Shown piece by piece: positions 28,194 to 42,235 of a DNA stretch of 64,000 nucleotides. The number at the start of each line of letters is the position of its first letter. The stretch's first letter is position 1. The stretch comes from Octopus vulgaris (lineage: Eukaryota): NCBI GenBank assembly GCA_951406725.2, contig OX597837.1, positions 42,966,001 to 43,030,000 on the forward strand, written 5' to 3'. The notes beneath the pieces were generated by a model. That model saw only the letters and a program-made list of their open reading frames with translations. It ran no database searches and was not told where the DNA came from. The translations under genes and the position numbers were made by a program.

Positions 28194-28745
28194 GGAAGAA
28201 GAAGAAGAAGTAGTAGAAGGAGAAGAGGAAGAAGAAGAAGAAGAAGAAGAAATAGTAGAAGGAGAAGAGGAAGAAGAAGAAGAAGAAGTAGTAGAAGGAG
28301 AAGAAGAAGAAGAAGACGAAGAAGAAGGGGAGGGGGAGGAGAAGGGGATCGGGAGGAGGGGAAGGGGAGGAGAAGAAGGAGGAAGAGAAGAAGGAGGAAG
28401 AGAAGAAGAAGGAGGAGAAGAAGAAAAAGAAGAAGGTGGAGGAGGAGGAAACGGAGAAGAAGAAGAACAAGGCGAAGAAAAAGAAGAAGGAGGAGGAGGA
28501 GTTGAAAAACAAGAAGGAGGAGGAGAAGAAGAAGGAGGAGGAGGAGAAGAAAAATAAGAAAAAGGTGGAGGAGAAGAAAAAGAAAAAGAAGAAGAAGGTG
28601 GAGGAGAAGAAAAAGAAGACGAAAAAGAAGAAGAAGGAGGAGAAGAAGAAGGAGAAGAAGAAGGAGAAGAAGAAGAAGAAGAAGAAGAAGAAGAAGAAGA
28701 AGAAGAAGAAGAAGAAGAAGAAGAAGAAGAAGAAGAAGAAGAAGA
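28194..28745. repeat. (GAA/GGA)n purine-rich tract, ~550 bp
   Basis: Almost purely purine on the + strand. Confidence 0.95.
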
Positions 28746-28967
28746 CACCAGTCAATGACTACCAGAAGTCAACATTCTTACAAGTCATAATCGCAGATCA
28801 ATGCTTCTCAACTGGAGTTCAAATGATCCTTAGGGGTCCGGGTAATACTTTGTTGCTAAAATTCCTGTGGATTAATTTGATTATGATTCTACAAAATATT
28901 TTAACCATGATTTTGTACAAATTCTTATAATATTTAATTGTCAAAATGTTCTTTTATTCTTTTTTTT

Positions 28968-29165
28968 TCTTTTACTTGTTTCAGTCATTAGGCTGTGGCC
29001 AGGCTGGGGCACCGCCTTGGACAATCTTAGTCGAACGAATCGACCCTAGTACTTAATTTTATTTAAAGCCTGAAACTTATTTTATCGTCTCTTTATCCGA
29101 ACCGCTAAGTTATGGGGAGGTAAAAAGGCACCAACACCGATTGTCAAGCGTACTGGGATACAAAC
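28968..29165 (-). mobile_element. SINE family B 3' half
   Basis: cttttacttgtttcagtcattaggctgtggccaggctggggcaccgcc. Confidence 0.8.
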
Positions 29166-29177
29166 ACCCATATACAT

Positions 29178-29208
<31 letters not shown>

Positions 29209-29238
29209 CATACACACACATATAGGTATATATGTGTA

Positions 29239-29289
<51 letters not shown>

Positions 29290-29448
29290 ATATATATATG
29301 TATATATATATATAGATATATATATATATATATACATATATAGTATTCTTATTATTTACAGAATTGTAAAAATTGACGATGCTTATCAAAAATCATCGCA
29401 GAAAAGAGCACACACACACACACACATATATATGCATGTAGGTATGTA

Positions 29449-29503
<55 letters not shown>

Positions 29504-29512
29504 TTATAATTG

Positions 29513-29762
29513 AATAGAGTCACGAATGAGTACGTTTAGATAGCTATTTGATAAACACTATACATGTTTCGATACAGCATATATCAACACATACACAGGT
29601 AAACCGTTGCTTAATTTAAATTTTGTGTATATGAGGATCTATGTTGTATCGAAACATGTGTAGTGTTTAGTAAATATATGTTCAAACGTACTCATTCTTG
29701 ACTCTATTTATTCAATTTTATTTTATTTTCACACACGATGAATGTCTAAACCTAGGCTTGGC
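29513..29762 (+). mobile_element. Diverged fold-back PLE mini-element (arms ~29513-29597 / 29624-29708)
   Basis: Imperfect inverted repeat with gaaac-atgt-gta (29651-29662) next to the apex; adjoins (TA)n. Confidence 0.7.
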
Positions 29763-29932
29763 TATATATACGGATCTCTTCCAGGGGCCCTATCATCGAT
29801 TTTTTTTCAGCAATCTGAGTATGTCATGAGGTTTCCAGACGTGTCAAGTTTCATTTAAAATCGATAAAACTATGTAGGAAGAGTTAGCTGACAACTCTAC
29901 AAACACACCCCACAGAATTTCCCACATATGTA

Positions 29933-29974
<42 letters not shown>

Positions 29975-30082
29975 TAATATATATACATAAATCTGTAGTG
30001 TAATATATGGATTAATAGAATCGTGTGGCTATCTCGGAAAGCTCCTCGAAAATTAATGAAACCATAAAATGTCATGAGATAT

Positions 30083-30134
<52 letters not shown>

Positions 30135-30138
<4 letters not shown>

Positions 30139-30416
30139 GTAAAAGCAATTAAGATTCAAGTGAGTTCTGTTGAATTCACATGAATGCGGTACTTAACTAA
30201 GATGCACCAGAAATCTATATGGTGTTAACCATAAGATAATGCGGGGTGATTATAAACAAGAAAAAAGCAACAAGAATGGATCAATATTTCGGTACAATTG
30301 TTTCGTACGAAGACATCTTTATTAAGGCTGCAAATATTGCAGTAAATATAAGTGACCCGTACTCTTCGTACGAAACAATTGTACCGAAATATTGATCCAT
30401 TCTTGTTGCTTTTTTT

Positions 30417-30419
<3 letters not shown>
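30135..30419 (-). mobile_element. Fold-back PLE mini-element (arms 30258-30313 / 30363-30419)
   Basis: Near-perfect inverted repeat with gaaac-aatt-gta; minus strand keeps gaaga-gtacg...cgtac-gaaa; (TA)n on both sides. Confidence 0.8.
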
Positions 30420-30466
<47 letters not shown>

Positions 30467-30468
<2 letters not shown>

Positions 30469-31159
30469 AATCTATAATTATATAAAGTAGTTATATTGAA
30501 GGATGCGGATAAACCCCACCAACACGCTAGAAATAGACGCCAAATGACTCTAAAAGACACGTCAATACTCCATTAGTGCAGGTTGTAAGCGGGCAGATGA
30601 AAAAATGGATAAGATATTTTGAAAATAAGGGTTAATTGTGAATCGATTTCTAGCTTGGCGTTATAAAAACACCCTGCTGTCATCAGTACAATATACCAAA
30701 GTATATAGATGCATTAACGCTATTTCATCCTTAATTGTATAAAATATATATATTTTGCTCCTGATCAAATTGCATTCGCTGCGAGATTATTTTGATAGAA
30801 AATGCACGTGATTGAGATGAGAAAAGAATTAGATCTTTTTTACTAGTGTATACATGTAAATGTATGTATATGGTCGTGCGGATATGTTCGTATGCATTTG
30901 GATAGATATTTGCATCTTTATATTTTGGCATATTGTGCAGATGGCAGCAGGCTGTTTTTATAACGTTAAGCTAGAAATCGATTTACAATTAACCCTTATT
31001 TTCAAAAAATCTTATCCATTTTTTCATCTGCCCGCTAAAACAACCTCTGCTAATGGAGTATAAATGTGGGTTTTAGAGCAATTTGGCATCTTTTTCTAGC
31101 GAGTTGGTGGAGTTTATCTGCATCCTTCAATATAATTATTTTATATAATTATATATTAG
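30467..31159. mobile_element. Long-TIR MITE-like element (~247-bp diverged arms 30467-30713 / 30911-31159)
   Basis: E.g. gcgggcagatgaaaaaatggataagat vs atcttatccattttttcatctgcccgc; ~200-bp spacer; TA at both ends. Confidence 0.8.
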
Positions 31160-31489
31160 TAGAAAATGTTACCTACAAGGTTTTTATTTCACGCTAGCCC
31201 TTGATAAAAATCATTAAAGCAATTTTATCCTTAATTTTAAAGTATATTAGTTAATCCCAAACTCGAGTTTCCTTATTAATAAAAAAATTAATTAATTTGT
31301 CATCCGTAGTTCGTCAGTGAGATAGCTAAAGCAATACAAGACTTATGTAGCAATAACACAATATCGTTTCAACTAAAAACTGAAAGTGATAATTCCTTTA
31401 TCGGCGTGCCTTTAGAATTATTTTTCTTGGTTGGGTCTAACTGCCATTTCTAGCATTTAAACAGTCCTGCTGTAGGTCTTCTCTTTGTG

Positions 31490-31645
31490 TATATAATTTT
31501 CTTGTTTTCTTAAGCATTCTCTAGAACAATATTATGTGCAAAACCAAATATATGACACCAAAATATAACTTGTCTTTTGAGGCCTATTGACGAGACTTGG
31601 AATCAACGTGTACAAATACAAAGCAAAATTCAAACATAATAATAA
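31490..31645 (+). mobile_element. 3' UTR of a (TAA)n-associated retroelement (Dong-like, tentative)
   Basis: Homologous to 35030-35200; ends caaaattcaaacataataataac. Confidence 0.6.
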
Positions 31646-32199
31646 CAATCACACGGTTGGTCGTGGCTGACGCCTCTGGATCGCAGAGAGCATTTTCTCC
31701 TGGGATTAGCTTCGCATCGAAGCGGTTTCTCGTGTCCGAGTGCGCTTGATCGTGTTGAACAAGCTTTTACACGAATACACACACACATATATATATATAT
31801 ACATACATATACACACACATATATAACTTAATGTACACATTATAAATATACGAGCTACAAATTGTGTCTTGTTTGGAGACGCGGATCCAGACAGGTTTGT
31901 ATAACACGCTTCCCGTCTCTAAGCAATGTTCAGACTTTGTGACTACATGATCTATTGAATTTGCAAATCAGGACACTGATTTGCATGAGAAATCAAATGA
32001 AAAGAAAAAAAAAACCAGAAGAAAGTAGATGCAAAAAGCGGAAGAATGAATAACAACACAAAGAGAAAAGAATACGCATGTGTGAGTGTTTGTATAAGAG
32101 AGAAATGGTAAGCATGAGATCGATACCCCACCCTAGCAATACCAGCCTGCGTAAGTACTACAGGCGTTGTAGATCGTTAAAATTCGTTACTTTGAAAGT

Positions 32200-32790
<591 letters not shown>

Positions 32791-32936
32791 TTATCTATTT
32801 GAGTATGAGGGGGAAAAAAAGGCAAACATGTGGTTGGTATTCTACCCAAGGGTATTACCTGCACAAGCGAAGCAGTTGTGGATCGTTAAAAGTCTTTACT
32901 TCAAACCACACACACACACACACACACATACACTCA

Positions 32937-33015
<79 letters not shown>

Positions 33016-33572
33016 GCACACGCTTCGTGCCACAATCGAACAGAATATATGAGAGACTGAAGAAATTTCCTTATTTTGCATAATTTTCACCTCCTCTAAT
33101 TTCACGCTTCAGACGTTACTTGCGAAGTTTTTTGGCGTCAATATTGATGGTGGTGGTATGTATGCGTACGAACTACAAGTCTTAGTTGTGGTAGCGGTGG
33201 TAGTAGCGGTAGCGGTGGTAGCAGTGGTAGTAGCCGTAGACATTGACTCTTTCTTTGTGTACGTATTGTTGTTCGAGTGGCTCTCCCCATCTCTCTCTCT
33301 GTCTATCTATGTCCCACTTTCTCTCCCTCTACTTCTCTCTTCCTCTCACTCCCCCTCACTCTCCCCCACTCCATTTACAATCAAACGTGTGGATGTATTG
33401 ATGCATGTATCATTATATATGATTGTCTACGCGTATGTATGTATATGTCTGTGTGTGTATATGTGTGTCTGTGAACCAGTGTATGTATATACACATACAT
33501 GCATGCAGATATGCATACATACACACCCATACATATAAATCCATTCTCATTGTTCGATACTGACGTGTGTGC

Positions 33573-33654
<82 letters not shown>

Positions 33655-34739
33655 GCATATATATGTACATATATGTGTGTATATGTGTGTAGTTGTAATG
33701 GTATGATTTATGTGTTCTTATGGTGTGTATTTATATATATATGTATCTATATATGTATATATATATATATATATGTGTATATATATATGTATATATATAT
33801 GTATATGTATATATACATCTATATATATATATCTATATATATATGTGTATTTATATATATATATGTGTATATATATATATGTGTGTATGTATATATGTAT
33901 ATATAGATATGTATATATATATATATGTATATATATATATGTATGTAGTTTCTATGTACGTGTTTATGTATATGTGTATGTATATATGTACGTGTGTATA
34001 TGTCACGGAGTTTAAGTATTCTTATGTTTGTGTATACATTTCTGTGTACGTACGAATGTATGTACGTACGTACTTATATATGTATGTTAATGCATATATG
34101 TATGTATGTATGTATAAATGTATGTATGTAGTCTGTATGTGTAGTCTGTATGTACGCATGCAGAAACGTATTATGCATATACATATGTATACATATGTAC
34201 GCATGCAGAAAAAGTCTGTGTGTGCGTGTGTGTGTGTGTGTGTTTGGGGAAGAGCCAAAGGAGAGGTTAAGTTATATTACAGTAATATTTCAAATGGAAT
34301 TGACTAAAACAAAAATACATCTTCAAATAATTTCACAATAAACGCTGCCAAAAAAAAAAGAAAAAAAGAAGAATTAAATCTAAACAAAACCACCTAAAAA
34401 ATGCAAGCAAAAATAAAACAACTGAATTGCAATTAAACGTGTTAAAGCAAACGAAATGAAAGCGACGCCTATAGAAGACACACAACTCTATACATACATG
34501 TGTTTGTTTTATCTTTTATTTGTTACAGGTATGGGACTGCGGCCACGCTGGGGCACCGCCTTGAAGAAGTTTTAGTCGAATGAATCAATTTTTGTGCTTA
34601 TTTTCTCCTTTCAAAGCGTGGTACTTATTCTCTAGGATTTTTTTCCCGAAGCGTTATGTTATGGGGGCTGAGACGTAAACACACCAACAACGGTTGTCAA
34701 GCGGTGGTAGGGGACAAATACACACACACACGTACGATG

Positions 34740-34945
34740 GTCTTATTTTATATGAATTGCTTCATAAAGTTTTATGTGCAGTGGGGACAAGACGATGTTT
34801 TCTTATCAACCATAGGGTCATTAAGGATGTTCTTGTCACCCGGCTTCAAACTGTTTCTTGGAGGCCATTCTTTTTTTACCCAGAATCCTTTGTAGTTCTT
34901 CTGTCCCAGTAGCACAGGAAACAAAGGTACTTCCATATCGACTTA
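34740..34945 (-). pseudogene. Chapaev3-like (CMC) transposase fragment, downstream part
   Basis: KYLCFLCYWDRR...WVKKEWPPRNSLKPGDKNILNDPMVDKK...SPLHIK...MKQF with frameshifts. Confidence 0.75.
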
Positions 34946-35029
34946 TTTCCATATCTTCCACATCGACTTATTTCAGTTTCTGCCCATATCCTACGTATAC
35001 TACTGTCTATGTAAACTCAAATTTTCAAA

Positions 35030-35233
35030 CAAACATAATTTTCTTGCTTTCTTAAACATTCTCTAGAACAATACTATGTGCAAAACCAAATATATGACAA
35101 CAAAATATATGATAGCTTGAACTTCTAACTTGTCTCTTGAGGTCTCTGGGTGAAACTTGGAATCAACGAGTACAAATACAAAGCAAAATTCAAACATAAC
35201 AACAACAACAACAACAACAATAATAATAATAAC

Positions 35234-35289
<56 letters not shown>

Positions 35290-35448
35290 CTGCAGACTAA
35301 TAGAGGTAAGCGTCCCCACTGATAACAATATATCTGTTAAGGAATTCGACAAACTTAGTAAATATAAGGACCTGGAAATCGAAATACAAAAGATGTGGAA
35401 TCTTAAAACAAAAACTGTTCCTGTTCTTGCAGATTAAAAGTAAATGAC
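35030..35448 (+). mobile_element. Two tandem Dong/R4-like fragments in a (TAA)n array (UTR 35030-35200; endonuclease piece 35288-35448)
   Basis: TCRLIEVSVPTDNNISVKEFDKLSKYKDLEIEIQKMWNLKTKTVPV, then terminus cagattaaaagt as in the 20924 copy; each piece is followed by (TAA)n. Confidence 0.85.
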
Positions 35449-35540
<92 letters not shown>

Positions 35541-35589
35541 TAATAATAATAATGATAATAATAATAATAATAATAATAATATTAAAACA

Positions 35590-35800
35590 GACTGCTGAAT
35601 TGTCAGTTTCTAGGCTGCAAGAGAAAAGGCCGCTTATTTATTGTAATGATGTTGAAGGGTTTCTTCTCAATATGGAACTGCCGACGTGAATGGAGACTTT
35701 TTATTGACAGCCCTAAAAGCAGCTTGAAATGTGATTTACTTCAGAACGGGAATTTGCATGGCTCAGTCTCAATAAGACAATATATAAAATTGAAAGAGGA
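35590..35800 (+). pseudogene. Chapaev3-like transposase fragment, upstream part
   Basis: LIYCNDVEGFLLNM / EWRLFIDSPKSSLKCDLLQNGN...LKEE, matching the EWRLFIDSSKxSLKxVLLHNGN motif. Confidence 0.75.
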
Positions 35801-36315
35801 GTGTGTTGACGTCGAATTACGAGTCTCCCCTCGTTGGAGCCAGATATACTCCAAAGTCAGTCATTCTGGTGGTTTACTGTCTGTTCGATGTCATATTTCT
35901 TTTCATCAGTGAACACCAGGTTGGGCAGCGTACTATCAGCAACCCGACGCAAAATAAGACATCTTCTCTACAGTGTCATGACCTTAGAAACTCGCGTGAG
36001 CTCATGACTGTGGATCATCTTGTAGGAGTGGGTCCTATGATCCTCCTTCAGCACTCGATACATCGGTTTTCAGACGGAACGAGGAGGATTTCGCCGAATC
36101 TTTTCTCTGGTACATTTGATAAGCTGAGAAGTCCGTACACTTCTTTTTCGGTCAGGCCCAGGTCAATCAGCGGTGGAACCAGTCTCTTGAAATTTCTTGA
36201 CAATCTTCCAGACTGTGTTGTTCGGTTAATTTTAAGCATTTTTGCTATAGCTGTATTACTTTCACCTACTTTGTGGAGAGGTATGATTGCATTTCGGTCT
36301 ATAGCTATTATCTAA
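35790..36315 (-). pseudogene. Tc1/mariner maT (DD37D-like) transposase N-terminal half, decayed
   Basis: RNAIIPLHKVGESNTAIAKML / VWKIVKKFQETGS...RKRSVRT...IRRNP...LVFTDEKKYDIEQTVNHQND (HTH plus first catalytic Asp); stops present. Confidence 0.82.
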
Positions 36316-36716
36316 TTTATAAATCTGAATTTATTTAGTCTGAAACAAAAAGAAGACACACTAAGCTTTTATAATGATCTATAATTTTCATATCTTATCA
36401 CATTTATTGATAGTTATTAAAACTTGAAACTTCTGCCTTAATTTATACATATATTTATACATATATAATTTATATATACATACATACATACATACATACA
36501 TACATACAGACAGACAGACAGACAGACACACACATATATATGATGTATGCATAAGTATATGATATGCATATATTCACACATATATGCAAAGATAGTTATA
36601 TATGTACACATGCAAAATAAACTCGAAATATCATCTTAATTTTATTTATAGCCGGGAAGTATCTTCTCGGCTTTATATAGAATACTTTAAATACATAAAT
36701 ACACTAGCTATTGAGT

Positions 36717-36774
<58 letters not shown>

Positions 36775-37069
36775 TATATATATATATATATACATATGTA
36801 TGTACATGTTTGATTATATATATATACATATATGAATACATGCATTTATACATTCATTATAGACAGATAGATACACAATACATATACACACATATATATA
36901 CATGCATATATACATACATAGGTGTACGCAGACATCGACGACCAATATGCGACGCAGCTCCTCATGATTGCAACACAATGAAGATAGTAAATATTTGATT
37001 TGATACAGACGCCATTACTAGACTTGAAGTAGTAATAATAGAATTGCAGTCACAAAATTTCTTCTGATT

Positions 37070-37115
<46 letters not shown>

Positions 37116-37136
37116 TGAATAATAATAATAATAATA

Positions 37137-37194
<58 letters not shown>

Positions 37195-37236
37195 TGATGA
37201 TGATGATGATGATAATAATAATAATAATAATAATAT

Positions 37237-37273
<37 letters not shown>

Positions 37274-37316
37274 AATAATAATAATAGTAATAATAATAAC
37301 AACATTAATAATAATG

Positions 37317-37365
<49 letters not shown>

Positions 37366-37454
37366 TAATAACAATAATAATAACATTAATAATAATGATA
37401 ATGATAATAATAATAATAACATTAATAATAATGATAATGATGATAATAATGATG

Positions 37455-37532
<78 letters not shown>
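37070..37532. repeat. (AAT/GAT)n trinucleotide array
   Basis: Directly visible. Confidence 0.95.
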
Positions 37533-37533
<1 letters not shown>

Positions 37534-37884
37534 AGAAACTAATTTTGCACAGTTAATGGGAAGCACTTGTAATAGTGTGTTTAAAGTAGATTTTGTAGCA
37601 TTTGCTGCAGAAATCATTTGTGTTGTTGCTGTTGTTGTTGGTGTTGCTGTTGCTTCTGTACGCTACTTGAAGAAAGCGAATTTAGCCGTGACTCGCTGCT
37701 TGTTAGACATTTTTGTAATTTTTTTACCCTTAGAAATGATAGTTTATTTGCCGACTCAGCATGGAATTCATCTGCTAAAAATAATAAGTAAAAGATTTTT
37801 ATAATTATTTGATACCTAGGAAAATACAAAATGTTTTGTTGGGTCAAATAAAATATGGTTCTATTTGAAATTGTAAGTGAGTGG

Positions 37885-38202
37885 CACTTCTTCGGTTACG
37901 AGGACGAGGGTTCTCATTGATTCGATCAACGGAACAACCCCCCTCGTGAAATCAACGTGCAAGTGGCTCGACACTCCTTAAACAGATGTATCCCTAACGT
38001 AGTTCTCAGAGAGATTCAGTGTGATACAGAATGTGCGAAGGCTGGCCCTTTGAAATACAAGTACTACTCATTTTTTGCCAGCTGAGTGGACTGGAGCAAT
38101 GTGAAATAAAGTGTCTTGCTCACGGTCACAACGCGTCGCCGGGAATTGAACTCACGACCTTACAATCGTGAGCCAAATACCCTAACCACTAAACCACGTG
38201 CC
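37885..38202 (-). mobile_element. tRNA-derived SINE family C
   Basis: Reverse complement of the 49778-50092 copy; A-box gtggtttagtgg, B-box gagttcaattccc. Confidence 0.88.
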
Positions 38203-38783
38203 TTTATGAAGTATTAAGTAAATTTTATCGAAATCCCACTTTGACTTTTCTTTGTTTTAAATAAAGAGATATTTCTTAATCTAGTCTAAGGTTATAAGAA
38301 TAACAGCCATTCATTTCCTCTAATATTATGGGCGGGGTTGATCTTCCAGAAAGCTACTATATCCTACTCCTTGGTTGGACTTTATCCAAGGATCTCTCTC
38401 GGAACAACTATATTCTGTCCATTGCTATATCAGCTTTCAAGAAGGTCGGACATCTCTTTTGTTGCTTTGAGCGGAGTTGATCTTCCGGAAAGCTCTTGGA
38501 ACAAATATATTCTGTCCATTGCTATGCTAGCCGTCAACAAAGAAGTTGGATCTCTCTTCTGTGCTCGCAAATTTTTACGCCTTATAGTGTCTTGTATCTC
38601 TATAAGCCACATTGGTTTCAAATTTGTGGCAACATTTGAAACCATTATTATTTCTACTAGCAAACACACCCGTCCTTTGAACGGTTTAAGTTGCTTTGCA
38701 GGTATTTTTTTCACCAAATAATTGAACTACCAAGGAGATTTATGAGTTGTACGGTGATTTATGTTTTCGATTAACCTAGGAAT

Positions 38784-39010
38784 CTCTCTCTATCCGCTCA
38801 GTCGAAGTCGACTCTCGGTCACTCGTTGGATCAGTGTCCTCCAGTCAGTTCTATCCCGCGCCGCTTCTTTCAGATTGGCTATGTCCATTCCGGTATCACT
38901 CTTGATGGTGTCAAGCCAGCGGGTTCTTGGTCGGCCTCTTCTTCTCTTGCCACTGACCATTCCGAGCATAATGCCCTTCTCCAGGGATTTTTTCCGCATA
39001 ATATGACCAA
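38784..39010 (-). mobile_element. 5'-truncated BovB-like RTE LINE 3' end
   Basis: Open frame GHIMRKKSLEKGIMLGMVSGKRRRGRPRTRWLDTIK...WRTLIQRVTESRLRLSG-stop, short (GA)n tail; possible TSD acctaggaat/accaaggaat. Confidence 0.88.
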
Positions 39011-39649
39011 GGAATAGAAAACCAAATTGAAGGCTGGTTACTCTGTAGGTCGTTGCACCTTAATGATCGTAGAACAAGCGATGCAAAGTAGAACTACTGA
39101 AGTGTTTTGGGTGCAGATTATGGATAATGACGACAAAATATAGTTGTTTTACATGAAAGCGAAATTTCTTGTCAGAAACAGCCACATAAATGGTGTAAGG
39201 AAATTGAAGGAAGACGTTGAAATGTCTCCTCTTCGTGTTTATTTTATTCAAGAGCAAAGGGAGCTATTTTTTCGGAGGGAAGTATGATTGGTACGTTCAA
39301 AAATGGCAATATAATACCTACTTGAAAATGTAGATTTAAGGGAATGTATTTGCTACGTGCTTAGTGTTCGACCACTTTGAAACTGACTTCAGGTAACGGA
39401 AAATAAGGACGTGAAGAGTTTGACTTCAGTTCACGAATACTGCTTTGAATCCTTAGCAGTTCGCAGTGAAAAGATATCGCGTTCGAAACATCATTTTGGA
39501 TGGGTAAATAAGCATCCTTAAAATAAAACAACGCATTGGTAGGTAAACAAAGGTATCAACAAATAGAAGAGAGGGAAGGGAACATCACCTTTCAAGTAAC
39601 TCAGAATAGATAAAGGTAAGATTGCCAAAGTTTAATGCAGTTTAGATAT

Positions 39650-40000
39650 ATTCTGAGATCAAATTCCGCCGAGGTCGACTTTGCCTTTCACCCTTTCGGG
39701 GTCGATAAATTAAATATCAGAGAAACACTGGGGTCAATGTTATCGACTAGCGCCCTCTCCGCAAATTTTAGGGCTTTTGCCATTAGTAGAAAGGATTATT
39801 ATTGTTAGAACTCCAGTATGGTCGTATTCCTACAAGTGAAACCGTTAAAAATCAAAAGAATAGGAGCAAACGACGAACCGGCAGAATTGTTAACGTGTCG
39901 GGCCAAATGCTTCTTGCTCTTTACGTTCTGGGTTCAAAATCTGATCATCGTACCCTCCCCCCACAAAATCTCAGGACTTGTGCCTATAGCAGACAGAATT
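39650..40000 (+). mobile_element. Two partial/diverged SINE family A copies
   Basis: aaattccgccgaggtcgactttgcctttcaccctttcgggg; second head ggcagaattgttaacgtg. Confidence 0.8.
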
Positions 40001-40811
40001 ATTGTTAATGATTGGCAAGTTGATATATTTTATTAAAACATTTTTCGCTTTAATACGACATTTCTTTCTCTTTTAATATTTTTTTCTTCTTCTTCTTCTT
40101 CTAAATGAAATGAAAATGTAGTTTTATTTACGTTTTGCCGCCGACCTTATAATGATTGGAAATTAAATTTTAATTCATTTTGTACAAAATATAGAGCAAA
40201 AAAAAAAAAGCCAAAAAACAAAAACAAAGTAAGAAGAAAACAACGACAACCCCCCCCCCCGAAATATCTAATACTTCTACATCGATATTAATCACAAGAT
40301 GATCGAATATTCTTCATCAATATTAACAAGAGCGGCAATACCATCAACGAGAATATTTTAATCGACGTCAACAAGATTGGCAAACGTCAACAACAACAAT
40401 AAAAACAACAACAACAACAACAACAACAACAATAATAATAATAATAAATGAGAACATTAAATTGTTCAATTACCAATATGATATTTTCTGTTATCAGCAA
40501 AGACACAAACTACATTAAAGAGGAATAAAACTACATTCTATTAGTAAAAAAAAACAAAAAACAGAAAAAGAACAAAAAAAAAACAGTATAAACAACAATA
40601 AAAATAATAGGAAAATAAATAATAAAGAACAAAACAAGAAATAGAAATAAATAATATAAAAATAAAAACAGGACACGTATTTTAATTATAATAAGTATGT
40701 ACGTGTATATTTATATGTATTTCATGTACACACACACACACACATATTCGAATACATATATATTTTCGTATAAGTATATGTATATATATATATTTATATA
40801 TATTATATATT

Positions 40812-40881
<70 letters not shown>

Positions 40882-40932
40882 TATATATTATATATATATT
40901 ATACGTACACTTACAAGTACACAAATACATGA

Positions 40933-40966
<34 letters not shown>

Positions 40967-41090
40967 GTGTATATATATATATATACACGCATATATATAT
41001 AAATATATATATATACATATACTTATACGAAAATATATATATTCGAATATGTGTATGTGTGTATGTGTACATGAAATACACATATATACG

Positions 41091-41159
<69 letters not shown>

Positions 41160-41164
41160 TGTAG

Positions 41165-41466
41165 TAGGATCTGATTTGAGGAAGATATGGTTGTATTTGT
41201 CGAAGGCTGAGCAATAGCACAGAACTTCCCGAACCATACGCTGTTAAGGCCGGTTTCCCGGATTCTGTGGCGTGTATATTCCTCCTCACCACCCTCAACA
41301 AGACGCCAATTCTTCGCGGAATTACTCATTTTTTAGGTGAATGAACTGAAGAAACGTGAAATGAAGTGTTTTGCTCAAAAACGCAGCTCATCGCTCAGCC
41401 CAGCCCAGGAATCGAAACCGTAATCTTACGATCATATATGTGATACTCTAATCACTAAGCCACGCT
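41165..41466 (-). mobile_element. SINE with family C-like head and different tail, diverged
   Basis: gcgtggcttagtgattagagt...ggtttcgattcctgg; gagcaaaacacttcatttcacg on the minus strand. Confidence 0.7.
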
Positions 41467-41737
41467 CCTCTATACACACACACACTGACATTCACATACA
41501 CAAACGCACACACATACATAAATATATACATACATACACACCGTGGTAAGAAACTCTGGAGTAAACTGAATAACAGATAGTCTTCAGAGAAGAAACTTCC
41601 CCCCAGGCAAGTGTTTCGACCCCTAACTTCTCAGACTCTAAGGAGACTGCATCCAGGTCATCAGTCATTGCTGGATGCCCTTCTGCTGACACGTTTTAGC
41701 CACTTATAATATCGGATATATATATATATATATATAT

Positions 41738-42171
41738 GAGGGAATATTATTCCAAACTTACAGGGAAAAATTCAAATTAGAAATACTAAATCAAATTTCA
41801 CAAAATATAATATATATATATAAATTAGAAAAATTAGATAAAAACCACCTTTTATCAATTCAAAATGAAAAATTAAATTAAATTACACCATCTAGAAAAT
41901 TACATATAATAGAAAGATTAAATATAAGATAAAAAAGTATAACGATGATTAAGTAATATGCAAAATAATAAATAAAACGTGTATATTTGGTAGAATAACG
42001 ACACGTGTTTCGTGGCTATATTTAAGAAATGATTGTAGTAAAAACATTAGTAGTAGTAGTAAAATCACTTCAATTTAAATATAGTCACTCGTCAGGTTAA
42101 AGATAACTACAATAATAAAATAATTAATTAATAAATATACGTAAATAATCTTTTAAAAAATAAATATATTC

Positions 42172-42235
<64 letters not shown>

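Noticed and set aside
28153-28930. Poly-E/K/S/F ORFs
   Set aside because: All are frames of a (GAA/GGA)n tract; no splice or domain support.
29770-29935. Possible Helentron/HINE-like end
   Set aside because: Resemblance only; no hairpin or second end identified.
37069-37804. Poly-N/D/I/L ORFs
   Set aside because: (AAT/GAT)n microsatellite.
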